Notes: generated from the sequence alone by a model not told the origin. DNA of 20,000 nucleotides from Cladosporium halotolerans (GCF_011745625.1 NW_027191499.1:107271-127270); one strand, 5' to 3'. Counted from the stretch's first letter, positions 1 through 9,933 are shown. Numbers and translations: made by a program.

Positions 1-3000
1 TGTCCTCCTCTGTCTTCTCTTGTACCGTTTTCCCCCTTTGGTCTTGCTGACGCTCTGTCTCGAATTGCATTTGCGTGACACCGGCGAGATGCGAAAGATC
101 ATCCGACGGGCGTTGCTGGACTGAGCTGCTTCCGCTCTCTGTGGTGATGACCATTCCGCTTCCATGACTGCAATCTGCTCGTACAGGGTAAACATGGTCA
201 CTGGCATCCTGAGTTCTGTCCGACTCACTTCTTTCCAAACTTTTTGCTTGCTGAGCTTGACTTTTAGCGGTTGCTGTCGCTGACGGCGACTTTGCTCCTC
301 CGCGAAGGAAGTCTAGACCGTCATGTTGCTGTTGACGCTGAGAAGCAGGAGTCCAATTCAGATAGCTGACGGCCCCATCATTTTCTGCATAGTCGTGTGT
401 GGTCTCATCTAGAGACAACCGAAGCGTTTCCTCAATCTCCATAGCTTCCAAGGAATCCTGAGAGGACCGTGAAGAGCTCGTTGTCCGCGCAGAACTGTCG
501 TGTTGCGTAACCGGACCACCTGCAATGCCGACGATCGAGCTCCCAGATTCAAACGGCCGGGGATGTTGGCGAACCTCGCCGCCATCTCCAGTCTGCTTTC
601 CCTGCGCCTCGAGCAAATCCCTCATCAATTCGTCATTGGTCCGCCTCTTCTTCAGATATTTCTGAATCAGTTTCCATCGAGCAACAACGTCTTCCTTCTC
701 AGCATCGGAGCTCCGCAGCCACTCTTCGTACCCTTGTGTCGTCCTCGAAGCAATGATGTAATCCTGAACATTTCCCCCAAATAGCTTTTGTACCTCTTTG
801 TGCACTCCCTTCATGGTGTACCCAAGGATCCCTAACAAACTGGCCGTCGGCTTGGAGATGAATCCACCAATCCCCTTTCCGACACCTTTCATGAAACCAC
901 CGACTCCATCCTCTCGTGCGCAATTCCAAGGCTGCGTTGCAAGCCCAGTCACGCCATCATACCACCCAAGCCCGAAACCTTTGCCGGCCGCTCGAGCGCC
1001 AGATGTGAAGTCGCTGACACGCGCTTGCGGGCGCACCGTGGTGTCATTCCAGAGCTTAGGAAGGTTGTGACAACCCTTTGTCAGGCCCATCGAGAGCTCC
1101 ATGGGTGATTGCACGAGGGCTTTGGCGAAGCGGCCAAGGCCTTTCGTCTGGTGGATGTTTGGGCGTAGCATGTCGCGGGGTGTGCTGGAGCTGGATGCAT
1201 AGCTGTCCAGAGATGGTTTTGCAATATTGCTGTCTTGAGCAGTGGCTGAGTACGTTCGTGATGGGTTTGGCGTGGTGCTATAGTATCTGCCCACCGTTGA
1301 TGATGAGCAACTGGAAGGCGTGGAAGGATTCCTCCTGACGGTGTCGTCTGCTTTCCCGGTCAAGCTTGCAGGACTTGCATCAGAAGAACTAACTGGGTTG
1401 GGTGCAAAGATTCCATTCTTCGTCTTGCCTTCTTTGGCCAACGAGGCCTCAGATCGCTGTTCTCTGTGTTTGAAGGGGAGTTGTAAGGCTTTGTAAGTCT
1501 CGGTCGGCATGTCAGCCAGTCCCATGGCCATTCCACTAACAGCTTCGCAAGCTGCCACGAAGCCTCCGGAGATTGGGTCCCACGGACCTTCGTCAGTCTC
1601 GTATTCTTGTGGTCTGTAGAGCTTTAGATCATGGAAATCGACAAGACCTGCGTTGGCTAAAGTGCAGGCGGCGAAAGCGCTCAGTCTTATTTTTGTACGC
1701 TTGATACGCCATGTCGCCGCCCGAGATGGTGTCAAGGTGCAGCGGAGTCGATCTGGCTCTAAATGTTGGTGAAAAGATTGAGAGGCCGTGTCGTTTCCTT
1801 GCTCCACAGCAATTTTGCACGCAAGTTCTTGGGCGCGGGCTTGCGTGTTGGATGACAAGCAAAACTCGATAGAATCAGCTAGCCTGGCCGCAGTCAGCTG
1901 CTTATGCGGAATCGGGACAGGACCTGCGCCTGCTTGCGAGATCATTGTGCCCCAGAACGGCTGATCGCCGAAAAATGGCACAATGGCAGTAGGCCGGCCT
2001 GCGGCTATGCCAGCTGCTGTGGTACCTGCACCACCGTGGTGAACGACACACGATACCCGCTTGAAGAGCCAGTCATGTGGTACATTGCCTAGCATGAGAA
2101 CACCATTGGGGACTTCAAGCTCTGCGCCAATGCCTCCCCAACCTTTAGAGACGAGCATGCGCTGGCCGGTCATCTTTTTAGCCTCGAAAATGAGACTTGT
2201 CATCGCGGCAGGATCGTCTAGGACAATACTTCCAAATCCTACGTAAACAGGAGGTGGACCGGCATCAAGAAACGCTTGAAGGTCAGCAGGAGGTGTGTAG
2301 TCTGATGCGGAGAGGATGCAGTATCCAGAAATGGAAATCTGCGGGCCCCAATCCTTTGGCTTAGGCACCAAGGCCGGAGACCAGCAGTACGTGTGAGGGA
2401 TTTTTAGACGTTGGAGCATCCCAGGAGCCCAGACCAAACTGATAGGGTCCAGCCCGAGACACCGCCTTCGAAAGCGGTTAATGATGTCGCCCAGACCATG
2501 CCATGAGAGAACTTCGATCATAGCGTAACTCAGATAGTTAGTGAGCTGAGGGTCCGCTTCCGAGGATTGAACATTCGCGAGGGGATGAGGAAATGCCTGA
2601 GTGGGCGAAAAGGGCATTGTGAACATGATATGGAGAGGAACTCCCATCTTCTCTGCGCAATGGATGTGAGCGAAGCTTGGGGGGTTGGCGATAATGCAGT
2701 CGGCAACGAAAGGCTTGTCTTCGTCGGCCGGATGGAGACTGATGCCGTTGCCGGCCTGATAGCAGGATCGCCAGCAGCCTTGAATGTATTCTGCAACATC
2801 CCTCCTTCGCTGACGGACTTCGCCAGTCACAAGGCTGCGGACTCCGGGCATTAAAGCAGGGTTCTTGACCATGAAGGCCATCAGCCGGGCAGGGTCGCCG
2901 CCAATGCTGAAGAACTCTAAGCCATTCTTTTGAACAAAATCCTTGAAATTAGGATGGGTGGCCACGCGAACCCGATGACCGTAAGTTTCCTTCAAAACTT

Positions 3001-3484
3001 TCCCCAGCGCAATGAAAGGCTGTACATCTCCGCGTGAACCCACGACTTGCATGACAATATTCAATTGAGGAAATGACTCGACTCCCAAAGAAGGTGGTAC
3101 GGTAGGCGAAAATGGCTTGGGACTTTCGTCGATACTTTGTATGTGTTGTCGCAACGCCGGAGCGAACACTTGGGAGAGACGACGGTTTAATTGGTTGATG
3201 CGAATATTGACGCGGCCATCGTCAGTGATAGAGACGCTTGTGTCCAGGCCGTCCTTGCTGGCTCGGACTTCGCCGTTGAGGTCGCCATAAGCAGGAGGGA
3301 GAGGATCCCCATCCTCTGTCACGTCGGGGGCTGTGAGGTCGGTGTTCTCGAGGAAACATTTGTGGCTTGGGAGAGTCGCAGGCTTGGTTTGAGCGGCAGC
3401 GGCTGCTTGTGCTTGTTGAATCATGTTTTGCCGAGCGTCGGCATCGAGGGTGTGCTGCTCATGTTCAAGAGGTTCAACAGCCAT
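1..3484 (-). CDS. GT1-family UDP-glucose:sterol glucosyltransferase-like protein (Glyco_transf_28 N-terminal + UDPGT C-terminal); 3' end lies beyond the left window edge
   Basis: Manual translation gives one continuous frame from ATG 3484 (context cacaacATGG; MAVEPLEHEQ...) to the edge. It is missing from the ORF track, probably because no stop lies in the window. Motifs: LNIVMQVVGSRGDVQPFIALG, HRVRVATH, IIANPPSFAHIHCAEKMGVPLHIMFTMP, PPPVYVGFGS, PHDWLF..VVHHGGAGTTAAG..GRPTAIVPFFGDQPFWG. No N-terminal PH/GRAM region, so it is not called ATG26. Confidence 0.92.
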   Translation of the reverse strand, partial: MAVEPLEHEQHTLDADARQNMIQQAQAAAAAQTKPATLPSHKCFLENTDLTAPDVTEDGDPLPPAYGDLNGEVRASKDGLDTSVSITDDGRVNIRINQLNRRLSQVFAPALRQHIQSIDESPKPFSPTVPPSLGVESFPQLNIVMQVVGSRGDVQPFIALGKVLKETYGHRVRVATHPNFKDFVQKNGLEFFSIGGDPARLMAFMVKNPALMPGVRSLVTGEVRQRRRDVAEYIQGCWRSCYQAGNGISLHPADEDKPFVADCIIANPPSFAHIHCAEKMGVPLHIMFTMPFSPTQAFPHPLANVQSSEADPQLTNYLSYAMIEVLSWHGLGDIINRFRRRCLGLDPISLVWAPGMLQRLKIPHTYCWSPALVPKPKDWGPQISISGYCILSASDYTPPADLQAFLDAGPPPVYVGFGSIVLDDPAAMTSLIFEAKKMTGQRMLVSKGWGGIGAELEVPNGVLMLGNVPHDWLFKRVSCVVHHGGAGTTAAGIAAGRPTAIVPFFGDQPFWGTMISQAGAGPVPIPHKQLTAARLADSIEFCLSSNTQARAQELACKIAVEQGNDTASQSFHQHLEPDRLRCTLTPSRAATWRIKRTKIRLSAFAACTLANAGLVDFHDLKLYRPQEYETDEGPWDPISGGFVAACEAVSGMAMGLADMPTETYKALQLPFKHREQRSEASLAKEGKTKNGIFAPNPVSSSDASPASLTGKADDTVRRNPSTPSSCSSSTVGRYYSTTPNPSRTYSATAQDSNIAKPSLDSYASSSSTPRDMLRPNIHQTKGLGRFAKALVQSPMELSMGLTKGCHNLPKLWNDTTVRPQARVSDFTSGARAAGKGFGLGWYDGVTGLATQPWNCAREDGVGGFMKGVGKGIGGFISKPTASLLGILGYTMKGVHKEVQKLFGGNVQDYIIASRTTQGYEEWLRSSDAEKEDVVARWKLIQKYLKKRRTNDELMRDLLEAQGKQTGDGGEVRQHPRPFESGSSIVGIAGGPVTQHDSSARTTSSSRSSQDSLEAMEIEETLRLSLDETTHDYAENDGAVSYLNWTPASQRQQQHDGLDFLRGGAKSPSATATAKSQAQQAKSLERSESDRTQDASDHVYPVRADCSHGSGMVITTESGSSSVQQRPSDDLSHLAGVTQMQFETERQQDQRGKTVQEKTEED

Positions 3485-4558
3485 GTTGTGATGGCAATAA
3501 GTCAAGCTTGTGTAGTCATGATCAATCAAGCTGGGTCAGGGCGTGGGGCTGAGATCTTGTACATGGGGCCCAGGCAACAACATTCATGAGCGAAAGCCGG
3601 GGATTGGTGGACTCGCTAATCTAATTTTGCTCGCTACGAAGGAGGGGCATCTAGGCGGCTTATATTTCGACAGCTTGACGGAGTCCTAAAATAGCGCATC
3701 GAGCAGGCAGTCGTGACTTCTGCTCCGTCACTTGTGAGAATAAACGGCAGCCTGGAATGTTCACGGGAAAGATCCTGCGGTAATCCGCCAGAAGCGCGAG
3801 GGGATCGCCGCTCGCTGGCCTATGCGCACTGAATGCGCATGTCGCCTGTCCGCCTGGTATGAATCTTTACGATCAGGTGTGCGTATGCCAATAGCGTGTG
3901 AGCTGCCTGCGTGTAAGCGGGATGAGTGAGGTCGGCATAACATTGTTTAGCACCGCTCTATCCGCGATGATGACAAGCTAAGAAGCCTGTCCGCGAGAGC
4001 CAACGGTGGAATTCCGGCCGAGCAGCGAACTTCAAGCCGAATTTACCCGGAGCCACCACGATACCGCATCTTCCCCAAACAGTAACACAACCTGACTTAT
4101 GCGCGCGACAGCGAATCGCATTGGCCTTGTCGGTGTCTAATCACTGCTCGCGCCCGACTCATGCTATCTCGGTTGAAATGATGGTCAGGGCAATCGCTAC
4201 CACCAACTGAGCAGCCGCTGGGGCTAGTGATCGTGGCTTACAGGCGCAACGCAAGACTCTCAATGACCTCTGGATGCCAGAACATCAGCCGCACAGCGCA
4301 AGACATTGTGAATAACCAGTTGATATCAACTTCCGCTGCTGCAGAAATCGTCACTAAGCGTGTTGGACGTGCATTGCGGGTGCATCAAGCCACTGACCCG
4401 ATGCACGCACTCGGCCAGACGGCTGTCATGTTTGAGTGCTGCCTTTAGCTGGCCATCCACCATTGAGGTAGCGACGCGGCTAGAGCCACATGTTGTCTAC
4501 GAAATCCGACTTTGATAAACCGTTGTCATCAATGAACCAGCCTCATTCAGCTTCAACA

Positions 4559-6374
4559 CTACTTAGGAGCGGACATGCCCATGTTGAAGAAAACCGCTTT
4601 CGTCTGCGTGTAGTTCTCCAATACAGCCTCGCCGCACTCCCTCCCAATCCCACTTTCCTTGTATCCGCCAAACGGTATGCTCCAGTGCACAAAATTATAC
4701 ATATTAACCCATGTGGTACCGGCTTTCAGCGCGCTCGTCACCCGCAATGCCCGCTCATAGTCTTTCGTGTGCACCGCCGCTGCCAGGCCGTAAGTCGTGT
4801 CGTTCGCCTGCTCGAGAACTTCAGACTCCGACTTGAACTTGGAGATACAGACGACAGGGCCAAAGATCTCTTCGCGCATGATCTGGGACACGGTCAGCTT
4901 GTGATAGTATGCCACATGGACCGAAAGTCGACTCGCCTTCATGTCGGGCTTGACGTCCGTGAAGATAGTCGGCTGGATGTAGTAACCGCCCTCGGTCCTT
5001 TCGATGGGCTTGCCGCCCAGGTGAACCGTGGCGCCCTCGTCAACACCGGATTTGATGTAGCCGAGGATTTTCTCGTATTGCATTTTAGAATTTTGCGGGC
5101 CTTGGTCCACGCCTTGCTGGTCGTTGGGCCCAACCTGGATAGCTTTCATCCGGGCAGTGTATTGCTCGACGAACTTGTCGTAGACATCCTCATGAACGTA
5201 GATCCTCGTTCCGGCTAGAAGAGAGTCAGTTGAAATGTCTTCGCGCAAAGCTGCTTTTTAGAAGACGTGCCATGACATGTCTGGCCAAAATTCATGTTGA
5301 TGCCCCACGCTGACCAGTCCACTGCTTTCTCGATGTCGGCATCTGGAAAGATGATGTTCTGCTTCCGTCAGTTGACTGGATGCGTTGTTCAGAAATGGCC
5401 AGGGCTCACCGGCGATTTTCCACCGAGCTCCAAAGTAACCTTCTTCAAATTAGAGGCAGCAGAAGCCTTCAAAATGCCCCTCCCGGTAGCGGTCGAGCCA
5501 GTGAAGGCAACTTTGTCGACATCCATGTGGTGAGCGATGGCATTACCAACTGTTTTGCCGTACCCAGAGACCAGATTGACCGTGCCGTCAGGGAAGCCAG
5601 CTTCTTTGATGAATTGGCAGACTTTCAGCGCGGACAGCGGTGTGGCCTCAGCGGTCTTGATCACTACGGTATTGCCAGTCGCGAGTGCCGGGGCAATCTT
5701 CCACACGAACATCAGGAGAGGGAAGCTGAATCGATACGTTAGAGCCCTCATTAGTACGCGAGGCACGGAGCGACTCACTTCCAAGGAATAATCTGTCCAC
5801 ATACTCCGACGGGTTCCCGTCGCGTAAAAGCAAACGTGCTCGGGATGTTGGTAGATGTCTGACCCAGGACCTTGTCTGCCCAGCCTGCGTAGTAGCGTAG
5901 GGTGCCGATGGAGCCAGGCACGTCGAGGTTGCCGGCCTGTTTTGCCGTTTTGCCGGTGTCCGCACATTCGATGGCCACCAGATCTTCAGCGTTCCTCTCG
6001 AGGATATCCGCGAGCTTGTTCAGCAGGCGAGCCCGGTAGACGGGATTGCTGTCTTTCCAAGTCTGGAAAGTCTTTCGAGCCACTCGGACAGCCTCATCCA
6101 CGTCTTCTTCCCGGCCCTCGGCGACGGACAGCAAAGGCTTTCCCGTAGCAGGATTCTCAGTCTCGAACAAGTTGCCGCCTTTTGCGTTTACGAACTCGCC
6201 GCCTATGAAAAGTCCGGTAGGAACCCCGACACTGCGACCCCCGAAACTGATGTTCTTAGTGGCCGCTGTGGTAATAGTCCGCAGATTGGGCAGCAGGAAG
6301 CGGGAAACTGGCTGCGCTTTGGATGCGCGTGTTGGGAGAGCCCTTATTGACAGGCTTCGGACGAAGAAGGCCAT
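4559..6374 (-). CDS. NAD(P)+-dependent aldehyde dehydrogenase, probably mitochondrial; exons 6374-5779, 5725-5410, 5358-5271, 5214-4937, 4882-4559
   Basis: Joined exons give ALDH motifs [59 protein letters not shown] (catalytic Cys), [19 protein letters not shown]. The N-terminus [36 protein letters not shown] is Arg/Ser-rich with no acidic residues (presequence-like). Introns: 5726-5778 and 5359-5409 are GT-AG; 5215-5270 and 4883-4936 are GC-AG. Confidence 0.93.
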
Positions 6375-6634
6375 GATGCTGGCTTGGTGCTGTAGGTGCA
6401 GGGATTCGTTGTCGAGTGCCTTCCTTGCGAGGTGCAAAACAAGGTGGAATACTGCGAGGGAGACATCTACAAGACATGGCGGAGAACATCATGACCCAAT
6501 GGCCCGCCGAGGTTGGCCAGGCACAGGAGCTTTGGACAGAGAGCTTGAGTATACGGAAGATCGCTCGTTCAGACGCCATCCGGCGGGGTCTCGCTTTCCC
6601 GGGTGCCTGGACACGCTGAAGCTGGAATGCAGCT

Positions 6635-6644
6635 AGCCAATCAG
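6635..6644 (+). promoter_or_regulatory. CCAAT box (Hap/CBC consensus) in the ALDH upstream region
   Basis: agCCAATcag matches the extended RRCCAATSRG consensus. It lies ~260 bp upstream of the ALDH ATG and ~10 bp from the transposon insertion site. Confidence 0.35.
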
Positions 6645-6655
6645 CTGGGACCTTA

Positions 6656-6750
6656 CAACCCCTTGAAAAATCATCTATAAGAGCGGGGATTTCCGCGCTT
6701 CGCAGCGCGCGTCACTAAATTGCAGAACTCCGAGCTCTTTTCATTAATTA
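6656..6750 (+). repeat. Left terminal inverted repeat (95 bp)
   Basis: caaccccttgaaaaatcatctataagagcggggatttccgcgcttcgcagcgcgcgtcactaaattgcagaactccgagctcttttcattaatta matches the reverse complement of 9839-9933 with 5 transition mismatches. Confidence 0.95.
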
Positions 6751-6842
6751 TACCAACTTTATAGCCGGATATTCATAGTATAGCTATTCTTAAGGTATTA
6801 TTACTATCGCTACTATTAGTAAGTGAGGTTATCGCCCGTAGT

Positions 6843-7832
6843 ATAGCTATTCTAACGCTTATAGGTAGCTCCGCGATACGCGCTACGCTTATAGATACCG
6901 ATATATTACTTCTAAAGTAGTTTATATTCGTTAATTATAAGCCTCTACTATAGATCGCTACGTATTTTAAGGTTAGAGTACGATCTATATATAACTAGTA
7001 GTATTACTTAGCTACGTATAGTACTCCTTATCTACCTACGGTTATACTACGCGGCCGGCTACGTATTCTTACTACGGCGTAGGAGGAGGTATTACTACTA
7101 TATCTAGAAGATCGACTAACTACGCTACTTAACGAGATCGCGCTTTTTATATAGAATCGTTACGAGCTAGTTATAACTAAGAGCGTAATCTCTAGGGTAC
7201 TAAAGCGCTTATAGTAGTTATAGAAGGTCGCTAAAAAGGTCGCTATATAGCGTAATAAGCTATTACGAGTTATATAGTATATAAAGAGGCTCTAGTAGTA
7301 TAATTAGTAGCTTATATTTATTAATAAGACTACCTTATATCCTAAAATAAGCGACCGGAAGTATAGATAGAGTCTAATTAGTAGGCCTTACTACGATATA
7401 GTATTATTATATAGGGATAAGAAAGTATTAATTTTACCTACGATAATAGTTAAAAGTTATCTATTAGATCCCTTAATTATAGAAGACGTAGTTATTATAG
7501 AGCTTTTTAAAGAATAGTTTAAGAATAAGCTCCTACTATAGCTACTATCTAATTAGGTTATAGTAATAGATAATATAGCGATCTACTACTCTAAGGTCGT
7601 AAGAGCGCTCTATATAAGGTATTATATAAAGCTATAGTATCTACCGCCTTATTCGCCGGATCTAAATCCTATTAAGTAGTCGTTTAATATACTAAAGGTA
7701 TAGATAAAGAGAAACGTTAAGTAGGCTAGTATATTTAGAGACTTCGCTATATTTATATAGTATACGTTAGCGATAGTAGGGATATAAGACGTAGAAGAAT
7801 AGTTTATAAAAGTAGGTTACGAACTAAACTAA
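6843..7832 (+). pseudogene. RIP-mutated Tc1-like transposase (HTH + DDE_3-type catalytic domain, DD34E)
   Basis: One frame throughout, with many TAG/TAA stops. It reads GRLRILTTA*EEVLLLYLEDRLT (HTH region), LIFINKT at 7311-7331 (de-RIP LIFIDET), VIVIDN with D at 7569, and YLPPYSPDLNPIK*SF with the K (formerly E) at 7674, exactly 34 codons after the second D. The start (ATA at 6843, presumed former ATG) is approximate. Confidence 0.9.
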
Positions 7833-8348
7833 GAAGAGTAATATTATAATTTAGTACTAATTATATACTTACTTAGTAGTTATTTTAGTTTCTTAAAGCC
7901 TTATATTAGTATTATTACTACTTAATAACTAATTAATATTTTATAGAGATTTTTTAATATATCTCTACTAATAGACCTAAAGAATTAATATTATTAATTT
8001 GGTATTAATTAGTTAACTCGTTAGTATATAATATATATTATCCTAAGTAGTCTTAAGGTACTTTTATAGCTATAGAGCTCGCTTTAGATATATAGAACTA
8101 TCCTATATCTATTATAATTAGCTACTTCGTATAATAGAGCTACTTATTAGTAGGCTTAGTAAACGATATTTAAGTATAACTTACTCTATCCTTTTTATTA
8201 TAGCTTACGTATTTTATATATAAATTAGATAAAATTAAAACGCTAAATATATCGAAATCCTTTTATTAATTTAATATACTAAAAGTATAAATATATAGTA
8301 GTAGTATAGAATAGGAGTATTTAATCTATCTAAGTAGTTACTCCTACT

Positions 8349-9776
8349 CTAGCTTAAGCTTAATTTCTATAGCTTTATAGCTTTCCTTAGTCGCTTTCTT
8401 AAACTACCTATAATACTAATTCTCTACTAATCGTTAACTAACGCTACTACTATAGTCTTAAGATTATTACTATTAGTCTTTAGAGCCTCTTTCGTAATAT
8501 CTAGTATTCTATCTTTATTCTAGAATACTAGCTACTACTTATACTAAATAAAGAACCGATCTAACTATTCCTTTAATAATCTCTATAGTAACAACGATAG
8601 TATACGAAAAGAGCTACTAAGAGGTAGATCTATAGTAGTAGTAGCTATTATACTACCTATAGTACTAATATTAAGTATAATACTAGGCGCGATCTATTAC
8701 TACTAGCTCTTTTTATAACGACGACTTCTACTAGCTTTCTTCTTACGTTTCGCTATAAATATACTCTAGATTATCTTAGGCTATAGCTCTTTAGCTATAG
8801 TTATACTATCTCTAATCGCTTTTAACTATACTATTAGTATAGCTTATATAATTAGAACGTAGTAGGAGGCGTTATCGTAATTACTCTACTAATAAAGGCC
8901 TTTACTATAGTTTATATATATACGCGCGTAGTATACCTATCGCTTAGTTATACTAGAGGTATAATTACTACTAGCTTTAAGCTCCTTACGCTCGCCTAGT
9001 AATATAGCGAGCGCTCTATTAGTAGCTATATTATATAGTTATAGAGCCTATAAGGATAACTACGATTATAGTAGCGTCTATAGCGATAGTAGTAGTTCGA
9101 CGATAACCTCCTTTATAGCTATAGTAATCCTTAACCTTAGATCCGACTTACTAGAGAAATACTACTACTATAGGTTACTAACTAATATAGTATAGTTAAG
9201 AAGCCTCCTATAGAGCTAATAACCTAAAGCGAGAGCTAGATAACTAGTAGTAATATCTATATCGTCTACTAATTCGATTATAGGATATTTTAGTATCTCT
9301 TCTTCGATCTATATATTAATATTAGTTATAGGATCCGAGGGCTCTACTATATTATAGCTCGCGTACCTTTACGTAATTACCTTATTCTTACTATTTCTAA
9401 TAAACTACTACGTAGTATATATAAACTCTAACGACTACTCTAACGACTACGTAGGCTTCGTAATAGGCTCTACGATAGTTATTTAACCTAACGGCGGTAG
9501 TAACGACTACGCGCGAAGTAAGTTTATTATACGCGTATACTAGCGAGCGCGTACGTATAGTCGTCTTTTACTATCGACGATACGACTAGTCCCTAATAGG
9601 GCTATAGTTACGCTATTAGCCCTCTTATCCTTCTTCTATACTACTCTTTTAGTAACCTTCTTAGTAGTCGGCGGAGCTATAGTAGGTAGTAACGGCAACT
9701 ACGTAGATCGCGTCGGTTTTAGCGTACGCCGTAGTCGTATAGTAGCAATAGGACTATTAGATAGCTCCGGGGTTAT
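8349..9776 (-). pseudogene. RIP-mutated second ORF of the transposon (unknown function), convergent with the transposase
   Basis: A ~475-codon frame with protein-like content, starting at actATAacc (de-RIP accATGacc): ITPELSNSPIATIRLRRTLKPTRST*LPLLPTIAPPTTKKVTKR...AKRKKKASRSRRYKK...KE*LDRFFI*YK. All stops are TAG/TAA, derivable from CAG/CAA/TGG. The 3' end is approximate. Confidence 0.7.
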
Positions 9777-9838
9777 AGTAACAACACCTCGATCCGGCTA
9801 TACTATAGGAAAAACGATAACACGATTATCAAGGTGGG

Positions 9839-9933
9839 TAATTAGTGAAAAGAGCTCGGAGTTCTGCAATTTGGTGACGCGCGCTGCGAAGCGCGGAAAT
9901 CCCCGCTCTTGCAGATGACTTTTCAAGGGGTTG
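9839..9933 (-). repeat. Right terminal inverted repeat (95 bp)
   Basis: Reverse complement of 6656-6750, followed by the TA target-site duplication at 9934-9935. Confidence 0.95.

Larger units (their letters stand above)
6656..9933. mobile_element. Tc1/mariner (IS630-Tc1-mariner) DNA transposon, full length, inactivated by RIP
   Basis: 95-bp terminal inverted repeats flanked by TA at 6654-6655 and 9934-9935. The interior is strongly TpA-rich and nearly free of CpA/TpG while keeping CpG (RIP signature). It contains a degenerate DD34E transposase. Confidence 0.95.

Noticed and set aside
500..3589. Numerous short ORFs in the track (e.g. 500-784, 798-1070, 2567-2854, 3191-3589)
   Set aside because: They are antisense or off-frame shadows of the long glucosyltransferase frame and have no independent motifs.
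3590..4558. ~1-kb intergenic region with small ORFs (3761-3943, 4227-4448)
   Set aside because: No recognisable domain, RNA gene or repeat. It is consistent with the glucosyltransferase promoter plus the ALDH 3' UTR.
4490..5218. 242-aa plus-strand ORF (also 6046-6636, 196 aa)
   Set aside because: Antisense to ALDH. Long antisense frames are a common by-product of codon bias in GC-rich dehydrogenase genes.
6375..6437. Upstream extension of the ALDH ORF (MHLARKALDNES...)
   Set aside because: It starts at a non-ATG codon in the track. ATG 6374 has good context and begins a presequence-like peptide.
9426..9450. 12-bp tandem duplication ctctaacgacta
   Set aside because: An in-frame 4-codon repeat inside the RIPed second ORF; not an array of independent significance.
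6780..9780. AT-rich block as horizontally acquired, organellar or alternative-genetic-code DNA
   Set aside because: The specific loss of CpA/TpG with TpA gain and retained CpG, plus TIRs, TSD and a decayed transposase, is fully explained by RIP.
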